Both the position numbers and the translations under genes were made by a program. Under the pieces are notes generated by a model. It ran no database searches, had not been told where the DNA came from, and saw nothing but the letters and a program-made list of their open reading frames with translations. Source: Clostridiales bacterium (GTDB lineage: Bacteria; Bacteroidota; Bacteroidia; Bacteroidales; Bacteroidaceae). Taken from it: 64,000 nucleotides of DNA. Positions 29,494-40,214 of this stretch are shown here, piece by piece. The number at the start of each line of letters is the position of its first letter. Position 1 is the stretch's first letter. The stretch lies in contig CAVGTD010000002.1 in assembly GCA_963632215.1 (NCBI GenBank), positions 23,755 through 87,754 of the forward strand. The letters are read 5' to 3'.

Positions 29494-30483
29494 ATGAACA
29501 AACTTCTCTCTCTCGTGACGTTGCTCTGTGCCGTTGTGCTGACGGCTTGCGGTCCTGGAAAGGATCGCGTACGCATTGAGGGAACGCTCAACAACATCTC
29601 AGAAGCCGACTTCTACGTTTACAACGACGACGGGGCTTTTGAGGGCATCGACACGGTACACATCTCCGACGGCAAGTTTACCTACGAACGTAAGCTTAGC
29701 GAGCCGGCAATCCTCACGTTGCTCTACCCCAACTATACGCAGACCTACCTCATAGCCGAGCCGGGCCATACCATCAAAATGAAGGGCGACGCGGCGAAGA
29801 TTGGCGAAGCCGAGGTGAGCGGCACGGGGCAGAACGAATTGCTCTCCGACTTCCGCATCAAGCACACCAACGACGCTCCCTCCGTACAGCGGCTTGCGGC
29901 GGCGCAGTTTGTCAAGGAGAACGTGCAAACTTTGGCGGCTGTGGCGGTGTTCAAGAAATACTTCGCGCTGAAAGAAAACCCCGATGCCCCAACGGCTCTC
30001 CAACTTCTCGACGCATTGAAAAAGGCGCAGCCCAAGGAGCGTGCCGTGACTTACATCGACAATTTCTTTCGTCCTATCTTTGAGAACGGAGCTGGCGAGC
30101 AAATGCCGGCGTTTACGGCCGAAACGCTCGACGGCAAGACGATTAAAAGCACCGACTACAAGGGTAAGAACCTTGTGATAGCCTGTGTCGGGACGTGGCA
30201 GAACGACAGTCGTCCCTTTATGCGGGCTTTGCAGAGCAAGCTCCGTGACAAGGGCGGCAAGTGGCAGTGCATTGTCGTGTCGCTCGACGTGGACAAGGAA
30301 GTGTTGCGTTCCAACCTGAAAAACGACACCATCAGCTACCCCGTGGTGTGCGACCGCAAGGCCTTTGAGTCGCCGCTTGTCAAGCAGCTCGGTCTTCACT
30401 ACGTGCCTTCGCTCATGCTTGTCGATGCGCAAGGGCGCATTCTCCAGCGCGATGTCACCGACCTCGACAAAGCCAAATTCTAA
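29494..30483 (+). CDS. DUF4369-type lipoprotein with C-terminal TlpA/AhpC-TSA thioredoxin-like domain (no CxxC)
   Basis: Lipobox LTAC, then PAFTAETLDGK...YKGK...VVSLD...YVPSLMLVDAQGRI. Confidence 0.7.
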   Translation: MNKLLSLVTLLCAVVLTACGPGKDRVRIEGTLNNISEADFYVYNDDGAFEGIDTVHISDGKFTYERKLSEPAILTLLYPNYTQTYLIAEPGHTIKMKGDAAKIGEAEVSGTGQNELLSDFRIKHTNDAPSVQRLAAAQFVKENVQTLAAVAVFKKYFALKENPDAPTALQLLDALKKAQPKERAVTYIDNFFRPIFENGAGEQMPAFTAETLDGKTIKSTDYKGKNLVIACVGTWQNDSRPFMRALQSKLRDKGGKWQCIVVSLDVDKEVLRSNLKNDTISYPVVCDRKAFESPLVKQLGLHYVPSLMLVDAQGRILQRDVTDLDKAKF

Positions 30484-30590
30484 AGTAAATCCCCTACTCT
30501 ATGCTTGCAGCCCCACGGCACAGGCATAGAGTAACTTTGTTCCTGCGAGTCCCCCCGTTCTCGTATCGGACGCATTCTCAACATACCGTT

Positions 30591-32150
30591 TTGCTAACAA
30601 CCATACACACTTCCGCCGTCAACGGCATGGCCGCCATGCCCGTGTTCCTCGAAGTCAACGCCAACGAACTGCACTCACAGGAGGACAAGACGATATTCTT
30701 TATGGTCGGTCTGCCCGATAACGCCGTTCGCGAGAGCAAGCTCCGCGTAGAAGGGGCGTTGCAGAACAGCGGTTTCTCGCTCCCTTTGCGCGAGAAGTAC
30801 ACCATCAACTTCGCTCCGGCCGACGTGCGCAAGGAGGGCAGCGGCTACGACCTGCCTTTGGCCATCGGTATGCTCGCTTCGCTCAAACGCATCCCGGCTA
30901 ACAACCTCGACAAGTACGTGTTTGTGGGCGAACTGGGACTTGACGGCTCTGTGCGCCCAGTCAAGGGCGCACTCTCCATTGCTATCAAGGCGCGCGAGCA
31001 GGGCTTTGAAGCCCTCTTCGTCCCCAAGGAGAACGAGCGCGAGGCGGCGGTGGTGAACAAACTGAAAGTGTACGGCGTGGAGACGCTTACCGAGGTGGTG
31101 CTTTTCCTCGAAGGGAAGAGCCAACTCGAACCGACCGTGGTCAACACGCGTGAGGAGTTCTACGCCGCCCAAGCGCAGTGCAGCAACGATTTTATCGACG
31201 TGAAGGGGCAGGAGGCCGTGAAGCGCGCCTTCGAAGTGGCGGCTGCCGGCGGACACAATATCATTCTTATCGGTGCGCCCGGCTGCGGCAAAAGCATGAT
31301 GGCCAAGCGCATGCCTTCTATTCTGCCCCAACTGACGCTTGCCGAAAGCCTCGAAACCACGCAAATCTACTCTGTGGCGGGAAAGCTCGGCACGCAGACG
31401 TCGCTCATAGCCCAACGTCCTTTCCGTGCGCCTCATCACACCATTTCCGACGTGGCGCTCATTGGTGGCGGCACAAATTACAAGCCCGGCGAAATCAGTC
31501 TGGCGCACAATGGCGTGCTGTTCCTCGACGAACTTCCTGAGTTCTCGCGGACGGCCCTCGAAACGCTCCGCCAGCCGCTCGAAGACCGCGAAATCACTAT
31601 TTCGCGCGCCAAGTATTCTTCTACACTCCCTTGCTCTTTCATGCTCGTGGCTTCGATGAACCCCTGTCCTTGCGGCTACTACAACGACCCTACGCACAAG
31701 TGTTCCTGTACGCCTGTGCAAGTGCAGCGTTACAAGAGCAAGATATCCGGTCCCTTGCTCGACCGTTTCGACATCCAGATAGAGGTTGCCCCAGTACGTG
31801 TAGAGGAACTCTCCTCCGCCCCTCAGGGCGAGAGCAGCGCACAGATTCGAGAGCGGGTTATCCAAGCCCGCGCCATCCAGACCGAGCGTTATAAGGACGT
31901 GAAGTCTGTGCATTGCAACGCCCAAATGTCGCGCGCCCAACTCGAAGAATACGCCCGCCTCGACGAGGACGCGGCTCTGTCGCTCTCCAAAGCCATGAAG
32001 CGGCTCGACCTTTCCGCCCGCGCTTACGACCGTATCCTCAAAGTGGCGCGAACCATTGCCGACCTTGCCGGTTCGCCCGACATCAACGCCGCACATATTA
32101 AGGAGGCCATCAGCTACCGCAACCTCGACCGGCAGAGTTGGGGGGAATAA
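30591..32150 (+). CDS. comM: YifB/ComM family Mg-chelatase-like AAA+ ATPase
   Basis: VGLPDNAVRES, KEGSGYDL, GAPGCGKSM, RPFRAPHHT, LFLDE and MNPCPCG. Likely TTG start at 30591; a -7 box lies at 30532. Confidence 0.9.
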   Translation: MLTTIHTSAVNGMAAMPVFLEVNANELHSQEDKTIFFMVGLPDNAVRESKLRVEGALQNSGFSLPLREKYTINFAPADVRKEGSGYDLPLAIGMLASLKRIPANNLDKYVFVGELGLDGSVRPVKGALSIAIKAREQGFEALFVPKENEREAAVVNKLKVYGVETLTEVVLFLEGKSQLEPTVVNTREEFYAAQAQCSNDFIDVKGQEAVKRAFEVAAAGGHNIILIGAPGCGKSMMAKRMPSILPQLTLAESLETTQIYSVAGKLGTQTSLIAQRPFRAPHHTISDVALIGGGTNYKPGEISLAHNGVLFLDELPEFSRTALETLRQPLEDREITISRAKYSSTLPCSFMLVASMNPCPCGYYNDPTHKCSCTPVQVQRYKSKISGPLLDRFDIQIEVAPVRVEELSSAPQGESSAQIRERVIQARAIQTERYKDVKSVHCNAQMSRAQLEEYARLDEDAALSLSKAMKRLDLSARAYDRILKVARTIADLAGSPDINAAHIKEAISYRNLDRQSWGE

Positions 32151-32184
32151 CAACGCATATAATCAAACACAATACGTACCAGTT

Positions 32185-34833
32185 ATGGACTTAAACCAAA
32201 ATTCTCCCTCCCTTGGGGGAAAGTTCTCTTTCAAGAAAGCCTTACCCGACGTAGTGGTCATATTGGCTTTTTTGCTCGTCAGCATGGCCTACTTCCTCAC
32301 CCCAATGAGCGAGGGACTTGTGCTTGGCGGCCACGACAGCGTGGCTTCTGTGGGCTTAGGCCAGGAACAGAAGCTATACCGCGAACAGCACAACGGCGAC
32401 GTGACCCGATGGTCGAACGCCATATTCAGCGGTATGCCAACCTATCAGACGGCTCCTTCGTATTCGGCCACTGACACCGTGTCGCTCCTCTCCGAAATCT
32501 ACGGGCTTGGTACGGGCAAGTTGTTTCCGGCCGTAAGCTATCTTTTCCTCTACTTGCTGGGCTTCTACGTAATGCTCCGCGCGTTCAACTTCAAGCCTTA
32601 TTTGGCTGCGCTCGGTTCGGTGTTGTGGGCGTTCTCGTCTTATTTCCTCATTATCATTGCCGCCGGACACATCTGGAAGGTGATGACTTTGGCTTTCATT
32701 CCGCCTACCATTGGCGGTCTTGTGCTGTGCTATCGCGGAAAATACCTTTGGGGCTGCGTGGTAACGGCTCTTTTCACGGCATTCCAAGTGGTGAGCAACC
32801 ACATGCAAATGACGTACTACTTCCTCTTCGTGATGCTCTTCCTCGTGGTGGCTTACTTCGTGGACGCGTTGTGCAAGCGTACGTTCCTGAAATGGGCGAA
32901 GGCCACGGGCGTACTGATAGTAGCTGGCCTGCTTGGCGTGGCGGCCAACCTGCCCAACCTTTACCATACTTACCAATACGCCAACGAGTCGATGCGCGGC
33001 AGGGCTGAACTCACCCCTGAAAAGTCGGCCGGCGCACAGGCGCAGCAAGCCACCAACGGACTCGACCGCGATTACATCACCATGTGGAGCTACGGCGTCG
33101 ACGAAACGCTCACGCTGCTCATCCCCGACTACAAAGGCGGCGGTTCGGCTTCAATGCTTGACCGTGAAGGTGTGGAGGACATGGAGGGCTACGACGATTT
33201 CTATCAGTCGGCCGGCCAAACGCAGCAGGCTTTCCAGCAAGCCAACATTCAGGCGCAGTTGCCGGGCCTGAGCCAGTATTGGGGCGACCAGCCCTTTACG
33301 GTCGGGCCTGTGTATATAGGCGCATTTGTGTGCTTCCTCTTTATTCTCGGTCTGTTCTACGTGAAAGGGCCTGTCAAGTGGGGGCTGCTTGCCGCCACAG
33401 TGCTGAGCCTCATCTTTGCGTGGGGCAAGAACATCCCCGAGGTAACTAACTTCATCATCGACCATATGCCGCTCTATTCCAAGTTCCGCACGGTTAGTTC
33501 GGCACTCGTAATAGCTGAGTTTACTATGCCGCTCCTCGCGGTGCTGTGCGTGTACGAGATAACGCGCCGCCCCGAACTCTTCCAACTGCAATCGTGGAAG
33601 TCTGCCCCTCTCCGCAAAAAGGTGGGACTTCCCGTAGCCACGGTCTTTACGCTCGGTTTGTGTCTGCTTTTTGCCGTAGCACCCAGCGCAGCCGGCAACT
33701 GCATTTCGCAGGCAGACATGGAAACGTTCTCCATGATGCAAAAGGCGGGCTTCCCTGCTGAACTCGTTGGCACGTACATGCACGCCATCACCTCGATGCA
33801 CCATGCCATACTCTCGGGCGACGCTCTGCGCTCCGCCTTTATCATCGTGCTGGGCATCCTCGTTCTTTGGGCGTATGCGGCCGGCAAGCTCCGCGGCTGG
33901 CTCTGCTGCACGCTTCTTGCGGTGATTTGCCTTGTGGACCTGTGGCAGATTGACAAGCGTTACCTCAACAACGACAGCTTCACCGAAGAAAGCCAAATGC
34001 AGGAGGCGTTTGCTCCCACGGCTGCCGACAATGTGGTGTTGCAGGACAAGAGCTACTACCGCGTGGCAAACCTCTCTGGCGGTAATCCGTTCAACGAAAC
34101 GTCCAACGCCACGTCCTACTATCACCACAGCATTGGCGGCTATCACGCGGCCAAGCTCCACCGCTATCAGGACCTCATCGACCGCCAGCTCTCGAGCGAA
34201 ATTCCCGCCTTTGCCAATGCGGCAAACGCTGCCGAGGGCGACCTTAGCCGCGTAAACGGCGACAGCATCACTCCGGTGCTGAATATGCTCAACACCAAGT
34301 ACTTCCTCTTTGGCAAGGAGGCTAATCAGGTGGTTCAGAACCCCTACGCCAACGGCAATGCCTGGTTTGTGCAGAACCTTGCGTTCGTCAATAACGCCGA
34401 TGCCGAAATGGCGGCTCTCACGGGGCTTGACACCAAGCACAAGGCTGTGGCCGACCAACGCTTCAAGACGCAGCTCGACGGTTCGCCGCTCGATTCGGGC
34501 AAGGTGACGCTCACCGCTTACGCCCCCAACCAATTGCAGTACGACGTAACCTCGGCCAAGGGCGGCGTTGTGGTGTTCTCTGAAATCTACTATCCCGGTT
34601 GGACGGTGACAATTGACGGAAAGCCCGCCGAACTCGGACGTGTCAACTACGTGCTCCGCGCCCTCAAAGTGCCGGCCGGACAGCACAAGGTGGATATGTC
34701 GTTCAAGCCCAAGAGCATTACGCAGACCAACATTGTGGCCTACGTGGCTCTTGCCCTCATCTTCGTTTGCTTTGCTCTCGCCATCGTGGTTGAGGTGCGC
34801 AAGCGCACGGGCAGGAAGAATGGGGCTGACTGA
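32185..34833 (+). CDS. YfhO-family membrane protein (putative GT-C glycosyltransferase)
   Basis: WSNAIFSGMPTYQ, NHMQMTYY, GGYHAAKL, FSEIYYPGW and many TMs. Confidence 0.85.
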   Translation: MDLNQNSPSLGGKFSFKKALPDVVVILAFLLVSMAYFLTPMSEGLVLGGHDSVASVGLGQEQKLYREQHNGDVTRWSNAIFSGMPTYQTAPSYSATDTVSLLSEIYGLGTGKLFPAVSYLFLYLLGFYVMLRAFNFKPYLAALGSVLWAFSSYFLIIIAAGHIWKVMTLAFIPPTIGGLVLCYRGKYLWGCVVTALFTAFQVVSNHMQMTYYFLFVMLFLVVAYFVDALCKRTFLKWAKATGVLIVAGLLGVAANLPNLYHTYQYANESMRGRAELTPEKSAGAQAQQATNGLDRDYITMWSYGVDETLTLLIPDYKGGGSASMLDREGVEDMEGYDDFYQSAGQTQQAFQQANIQAQLPGLSQYWGDQPFTVGPVYIGAFVCFLFILGLFYVKGPVKWGLLAATVLSLIFAWGKNIPEVTNFIIDHMPLYSKFRTVSSALVIAEFTMPLLAVLCVYEITRRPELFQLQSWKSAPLRKKVGLPVATVFTLGLCLLFAVAPSAAGNCISQADMETFSMMQKAGFPAELVGTYMHAITSMHHAILSGDALRSAFIIVLGILVLWAYAAGKLRGWLCCTLLAVICLVDLWQIDKRYLNNDSFTEESQMQEAFAPTAADNVVLQDKSYYRVANLSGGNPFNETSNATSYYHHSIGGYHAAKLHRYQDLIDRQLSSEIPAFANAANAAEGDLSRVNGDSITPVLNMLNTKYFLFGKEANQVVQNPYANGNAWFVQNLAFVNNADAEMAALTGLDTKHKAVADQRFKTQLDGSPLDSGKVTLTAYAPNQLQYDVTSAKGGVVVFSEIYYPGWTVTIDGKPAELGRVNYVLRALKVPAGQHKVDMSFKPKSITQTNIVAYVALALIFVCFALAIVVEVRKRTGRKNGAD

Positions 34834-34880
34834 TTTTCCTTAACTTTGCATTCAAGAAAACCGAAAAACGGATTTAAGAT

Positions 34881-36368
34881 ATGGAACAAGCAATATTTCT
34901 CTATAATACGCTGAGCCGCCAGAAGGAACTCTTCAAACCTATCCACGAAGGCCACGTGGGCATGTACGTCTGCGGCCCGACGGTCTACGGCGACGCTCAT
35001 CTGGGACACGCACGTCCCGCCATCACGTTCGACCTTGTGTTCCGCTACCTCACCCACGTGGGTTACAAGGTGCGCTACGTGCGCAACATCACCGATGTGG
35101 GCCACCTCGAACACGATGCCGACGAGGGCGAGGACAAGATTGCCAAGAAAGCCCGCCTCGAACAGCTCGAGCCAATGGAAGTGGCGCAGTACTACACCAA
35201 CCGTTTCAACGCCGCAATGGCGCAGCTCAACGTGTTGCCGCCAAGCATCGAACCGCACGCCACGGGGCATATCATCGAGCAGGAGCAGCTGGTGCAGCAA
35301 ATTCTCGACAACGGCTTTGCCTACGAGTCGAACGGCTCTGTCTACTTCGACGTGGTGAAGTACAACGAGAAACACCGCTACGGCATTCTTTCCGGGCGTA
35401 ACCTTGAAGACGTGCACGACGCAAGCCGCGAACTCGACGGCGTGGGCGAAAAACGCCACCAGGTGGACTTCGCTCTTTGGAAGAAGGCGCAGCCCGAACA
35501 CATCATGCGCTGGCCGTCGCCTTGGAGCGAGGGCTTCCCCGGCTGGCACTGCGAGTGCACGGCGATGGGGCGCAAATACCTCGGTTCGCACTTCGACATT
35601 CATGGCGGCGGCATGGACCTCGTGTTCCCCCACCACGAGTGCGAGATTGCGCAGGCCGTGGCTTCGCAGGGCGACCAAATGGTGAAGTACTGGATGCACA
35701 ACAACATGATTACCATCGCCGGCAAGAAGATGGGAAAGAGCTACAACAACTTCATTACGCTCAGCCAGTTCTTCACGGGTTCGCATCCGCTCCTCGTGCA
35801 GCCCTATTCGCCCATGACCATCCGCTTCTTCATCCTGCAAGCGCACTACCGCAGCACGGTGGACTTCTCCAACGATGCGCTGCAAGCCTCGAAGAAAGGC
35901 TTCGACCGCCTGATGGATGCCGTGGCGCAGCTCGACCGCATCGAGGCAGCCGAAAACGGCACGCTTACTAAGGAATACGCCGACGGCTTGGCCGAAAAAT
36001 GCTACGAGGCTATGAACGACGACTTCAACTCGCCCATTGTCATCAGCCACTTGTTCGACGCTTGCCGCGTCATCAACCAGCTTGCCGACAAGCAGCAAAC
36101 AATTACCCCCGAGGGTCTCGAGGCTTTGAAGCAAGTGGTGCGCACGTTCGCCTTTGATATTCTCGGCTTGAAGAGCGAGATCGAAGGCGGCAACGCAGGG
36201 CGTGAAGAGGCCTACGGCCACGCCATCGACCTGCTGCTCGAACTTCGTGCCAAGGCCAAGGCTGCCAAGGACTGGGCTACGAGCGACAAAATCCGCGACG
36301 ACCTTGCAGCCTTCGGCTTCGAGGTGAAGGACACCAAGGACGGCGCTACGTGGAAACTGAACAAGTAA
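34881..36368 (+). CDS. cysS: Cysteine--tRNA ligase
   Basis: [29 protein letters not shown] and KMGKS. A -7 box TAACTTTG lies at 34841. Confidence 0.97.
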   Translation: MEQAIFLYNTLSRQKELFKPIHEGHVGMYVCGPTVYGDAHLGHARPAITFDLVFRYLTHVGYKVRYVRNITDVGHLEHDADEGEDKIAKKARLEQLEPMEVAQYYTNRFNAAMAQLNVLPPSIEPHATGHIIEQEQLVQQILDNGFAYESNGSVYFDVVKYNEKHRYGILSGRNLEDVHDASRELDGVGEKRHQVDFALWKKAQPEHIMRWPSPWSEGFPGWHCECTAMGRKYLGSHFDIHGGGMDLVFPHHECEIAQAVASQGDQMVKYWMHNNMITIAGKKMGKSYNNFITLSQFFTGSHPLLVQPYSPMTIRFFILQAHYRSTVDFSNDALQASKKGFDRLMDAVAQLDRIEAAENGTLTKEYADGLAEKCYEAMNDDFNSPIVISHLFDACRVINQLADKQQTITPEGLEALKQVVRTFAFDILGLKSEIEGGNAGREEAYGHAIDLLLELRAKAKAAKDWATSDKIRDDLAAFGFEVKDTKDGATWKLNK

Positions 36369-36434
36369 CGTCAAAGGGCAAAGCCGGGTGCGGCTGACAA
36401 TGCTCATTGCGAGCGAATATTCTCACAGAAAATT

Positions 36435-36476
36435 AGCGACAGGCATTTGGAATTGCGATTCCGGATGCCTGTCGCT
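36435..36476 (+). terminator. cysS terminator
   Basis: AGCGACAGGCAT ... ATGCCTGTCGCT stem followed by TTCGTTT. Confidence 0.7.
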
Positions 36477-36618
36477 TTCGTTTCCCATTATTACGGAAAT
36501 GAAAAGAAGTACATAAATATTCACTTTTTAAGTGGCGGATAGAACAAGAAAATGTACATTTGTAACAACAACCCTGTTAATAACTTTACCTGAATAATTC
36601 ACTTAATCTTACAACGTC

Positions 36619-38484
36619 ATGACACAGCCATTATTTAGCCGCTTATGCATCGCTAGCGCAATCTGTGCGAATTTGTGCCTTGCGCTTAACAGTTGCCAAG
36701 ACGACAGCTACGACCTCGACAAAGTTGACCTCACCATGGGGCTTGGCAGCGACGGTCTTGCCGTCAAGTTTGGCAGCACCGAGGATATTCTCCTGAAAGA
36801 CATACTCGACATCAAGGAAGATGACGACGTGAAAATCGACAACAACCGCGAGGGACTGTTCTACCTCGTGGAGAAGGGCAACACCGACATCGACATCTCT
36901 GTGGACAAGGTCTCTACGAAGATTAACGACTCGCACCTCGACATGGACTTCCCTGTACTCAACTACAACAGCGTACGCGAGCAGGTTGTCGCTGCGGGTG
37001 TGCCCGTTAACGACGGAGACCCTGTGCCTGTGGCGGCTGACCTTAAGCTTGTAGGTGAGGCCAGCGGTAACAGTTCCGTGGACTTTACCATTGAAGACAT
37101 CAACGATGTTGCTTACATCAACAATCTCGACGTGCAGGACATTGACGTAAGCCTCAACCTGTACAAGAAAAACACTCCCGCCGACCTTCCGCTCGGCATT
37201 ACAAAGCTTGAAAACGTCACCATCACGATTCCCGCTTTCCTCGAAGTGAAGGAGATGTCTGCCGGATGGACTCTCAACGGAAACAAACTCGTTCACGCTG
37301 GCGAAATCAACTACGTGTCCACCAATCCTGAGCTTTGCCACTTGAAGATGAGCAAGATTAACCTGGACCGCGCGCCGAAATATCCCAGTGCCAGCGAGAA
37401 GAAAAACGGTGTAATCGAACTGACCGAAGCCGAGGCGAAGATTACGATGTCGGGCAAGGTAACGTTCAAAAACACCAAGGGCAGCCAGTTTTCTATGAGC
37501 CAGAATCAAGAGGCTTCCGTAGAACTGGACCTCAACATGAGTCCGAACAACGTGACCATTAAGCAGTTTACGGGCAAGTTCGACCCGGAAATCGATCCTG
37601 CCATCGACCCCATCGACGTGCGCGGCTCGCTCCCCGACTACCTCACCGACGAAAGCGTGCGTATCGACGTAACAAACCCGACCTTGCGCTTCGACGCCGA
37701 CCTTAGCTCCGTGCCTGTGGGCGTGAACGTGGGCGCAACGCTCATCTCTAAGTTCGACCGCAACGCTTCACTCAACAAGACGGTGACGATTGCGCCTACC
37801 TCGACAATGGAGGCCAATCAGTACAACACGCTCTACTTCTACCAGAGCGGCGAACCCTACGACCCCGCCGGCTTGCCCGCCACTTACGCCAAAAAGCAGG
37901 TGGACAACCTCAGCACGCTGCTCGAAAAAGTTCCCGACGAGATTGAAGTGAACCTCAAGAACGGACAGGTTTCAGTGCAGGACAAGACTTACACCATTGA
38001 ACTGGGACGTACGTACAAGACCAACGCCACTTACAACGTGTACGTGCCGTTTATCATCGGCAAGGAGCTGGTTGTGGTTTACAACGACAGCACCGACTCA
38101 ATGAACAGCGACCTTAAAGACCTCAGTGCCAAGGGCCTGCGCGTCAACGCCGTGGCCAAGAACGCCATCCCCCTCGACCTTGAAGGCACTGTGGAGGCTT
38201 ACGGCGTAGACGGCAAGGTGATTAAGGAAATCACGTTCGACAAGATTCTCATCAAGGCTGGCCCGGACGAAAAGGAGAACGGCGTATGGAAGACCACCGA
38301 GACAAACATCGAGATCAACGCCACCCTGACCGACGAGAAGGCACTTTCAAAGGTTGACAAGTTCAAATTCAACATCCACGCTGCAAGCAGCATCGAGAAC
38401 AAGCGGCTCGTGTCTGACCAGTACCTCAAGCTCACCGACGTGCGCCTGCGCCTCAAGGGCGGCGTAACGGCCGACTTCAACTAA
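36619..38484 (+). CDS. Surface lipoprotein, DUF4621-like
   Basis: LNSC-QDDSYDLDKVDLTM lipoprotein start, beta-rich sequence, paired with a downstream barrel. Family assignment is from memory. Confidence 0.65.
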   Translation: MTQPLFSRLCIASAICANLCLALNSCQDDSYDLDKVDLTMGLGSDGLAVKFGSTEDILLKDILDIKEDDDVKIDNNREGLFYLVEKGNTDIDISVDKVSTKINDSHLDMDFPVLNYNSVREQVVAAGVPVNDGDPVPVAADLKLVGEASGNSSVDFTIEDINDVAYINNLDVQDIDVSLNLYKKNTPADLPLGITKLENVTITIPAFLEVKEMSAGWTLNGNKLVHAGEINYVSTNPELCHLKMSKINLDRAPKYPSASEKKNGVIELTEAEAKITMSGKVTFKNTKGSQFSMSQNQEASVELDLNMSPNNVTIKQFTGKFDPEIDPAIDPIDVRGSLPDYLTDESVRIDVTNPTLRFDADLSSVPVGVNVGATLISKFDRNASLNKTVTIAPTSTMEANQYNTLYFYQSGEPYDPAGLPATYAKKQVDNLSTLLEKVPDEIEVNLKNGQVSVQDKTYTIELGRTYKTNATYNVYVPFIIGKELVVVYNDSTDSMNSDLKDLSAKGLRVNAVAKNAIPLDLEGTVEAYGVDGKVIKEITFDKILIKAGPDEKENGVWKTTETNIEINATLTDEKALSKVDKFKFNIHAASSIENKRLVSDQYLKLTDVRLRLKGGVTADFN

Positions 38485-38555
38485 CCTCCGGCCTACGCAC
38501 AACGCATACGGAATATACCTTTTCATAAACACTCACCAACCTAAGAATTCCTGAT

Positions 38556-39962
38556 ATGAAACTTCATCATATTCTCCCCCTTGCCGCTATGCTCGCCCTG
38601 CCCGCATCGGCACAAGAGTTGCGCACGAGCTACTTCATGGAGTCGTCTGTTTACAACCACGAGATGAACCCCGCCCTGCTCGACACGGCGTACGTGGCCA
38701 TGCCGCTCATCCTGGGCAACATCAACGTGGGTACTACGGGCAACGTAGGCCTGAAAAACTTCGTTTACAAAATGCAGCCCGGCTGGCAAGGCTACGGCGA
38801 GAACGGCGGCAACACGCTGACCACCTTTATGCACCCCAGCGTGAGCGCCGACGAGTTCCTCGACGGGCTTAAAAAGAACAACCGCCTGAGCGTCAACCTG
38901 AAATACCAGCTCTTCGGCGTGGGATTCAAGGCTTTCGGCGGCATGAACGTGGTGGAAATGAACCTCAGGTCCAACACCAACGTGGCAGTGCCCAAGTCGC
39001 TCTTCGAATTCATGAAGTCGACTGGCGCAAAGTCTGATTACGACATTTCAAACCTCGGCGTACGCACGGAAAACTACCTTGAACTCGGCTTGGGCCACAG
39101 CCACGACATCACCGACAAGCTGCGCGTTGGCGCAAAGGTCAAGTTCCTCTTTGGCCTGGCCTATGCCGACCTCGACGCGAAGAACCTTCGGCTGCATCTG
39201 AGCGACGATTGCTGGAAGATCAACGGCGACATTGAGGCGCGCGCCGCACTGATGGGTGCCGGCCTCACCTACGAGGAGGGCAAGGAAGACCCCGAAACAG
39301 GACGTCCCCGCGTCGACGACGTTGAAGACATCAAGGCGGGTCTCTCGGGCTTTGGTATGGCGTTCGACCTCGGTGCTACGTACAAGGTAATCCCCGACCT
39401 CACTCTCTCGGCCTCTATCACCGACCTCGGCTTTATCTCCTGGAACAACATGAACATGGCCTCGTCGGCCGGAAGTTGGGAGTTCGACGGCTTTGAGAAC
39501 GTCTACGTGGCCAACGATGCCAACAAGGAAGGAAATACCATCGACGACCAGTTTGAGAAGATTGGCGACGACCTCGAAGATATGTTCGCCGTTTACTCTG
39601 ACGGCAAGGACAAGGAGGCGAGGGCGCTTGCAGCCACTATTAACCTCGGTGCTGAGTACACCCTGCCGCAGTACCGCAAACTGCGTTTCGGTTTCCTCTA
39701 TTCTAGCCGTCTGGCCGGCAAGTACTCCTACCACAGCGGTGTGTTCTCGGCCAACGTAGCCCCCGTGAAGTGGTTCGACGCGTCGCTCAGCATGGGCTTC
39801 ACCAGCAGCGGCGTGACGGGCGGTCTCGTAGTGAGCCTCCATGCTCGCCACTTCAATATCTTTATGGGTACTGACCGCTTCATGGGCAAGCGTAGCAAGG
39901 ACTTCATCCCCCTCAACCGCGCCAACAGCAACTTCTCTATGGGTATGTCGTTCCCGCTCTAA
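38556..39962 (+). CDS. Outer-membrane beta-barrel, DUF5723-like
   Basis: Signal peptide, SYFME...HEMNPA, GMAFDLGATY, SASITDLGFISW and terminal FSMGMSFPL. Confidence 0.7.
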   Translation: MKLHHILPLAAMLALPASAQELRTSYFMESSVYNHEMNPALLDTAYVAMPLILGNINVGTTGNVGLKNFVYKMQPGWQGYGENGGNTLTTFMHPSVSADEFLDGLKKNNRLSVNLKYQLFGVGFKAFGGMNVVEMNLRSNTNVAVPKSLFEFMKSTGAKSDYDISNLGVRTENYLELGLGHSHDITDKLRVGAKVKFLFGLAYADLDAKNLRLHLSDDCWKINGDIEARAALMGAGLTYEEGKEDPETGRPRVDDVEDIKAGLSGFGMAFDLGATYKVIPDLTLSASITDLGFISWNNMNMASSAGSWEFDGFENVYVANDANKEGNTIDDQFEKIGDDLEDMFAVYSDGKDKEARALAATINLGAEYTLPQYRKLRFGFLYSSRLAGKYSYHSGVFSANVAPVKWFDASLSMGFTSSGVTGGLVVSLHARHFNIFMGTDRFMGKRSKDFIPLNRANSNFSMGMSFPL

Positions 39963-39996
39963 GGAATTGGCGGCACCGAGCTGCCTAGCCGACCTA

Positions 39997-40039
39997 AAAA
40001 CTCCCCTGCAAGGCTTCCGACGCTTTGCAGGGGAGTTTT
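39997..40039. terminator. Bidirectional terminator
   Basis: AAAACTCCCCTGCAA ... TTGCAGGGGAGTTTT between convergent genes. Confidence 0.75.
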
Positions 40040-40086
40040 GCGTAAGTGTGTTGTATGGTTTTCGTACGGCGTACGCCGCCTCTTAG

Positions 40087-40210
40087 CCCCGGCTTTTTGC
40101 CGTACGCCGTATGGGTGACGCGTGTGAGGCGTACGTTTGGCGTGTGTCGCTCGTATGCCCGACGCACGTAGCCCGTACGGCGGACGCTGCCCAGCCCGTA
40201 TGTCGTGGGC
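40087..40210. repeat. Intergenic 22-bp-period CGTA element, copy B
   Basis: CGTA cores at 40108, 40130, 40152 and 40174, plus one at 40197. It starts CCCCGGCTTTTTGCCGTAC and aligns unit-by-unit with copy A. Confidence 0.8.
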
Positions 40211-40214
40211 TATT

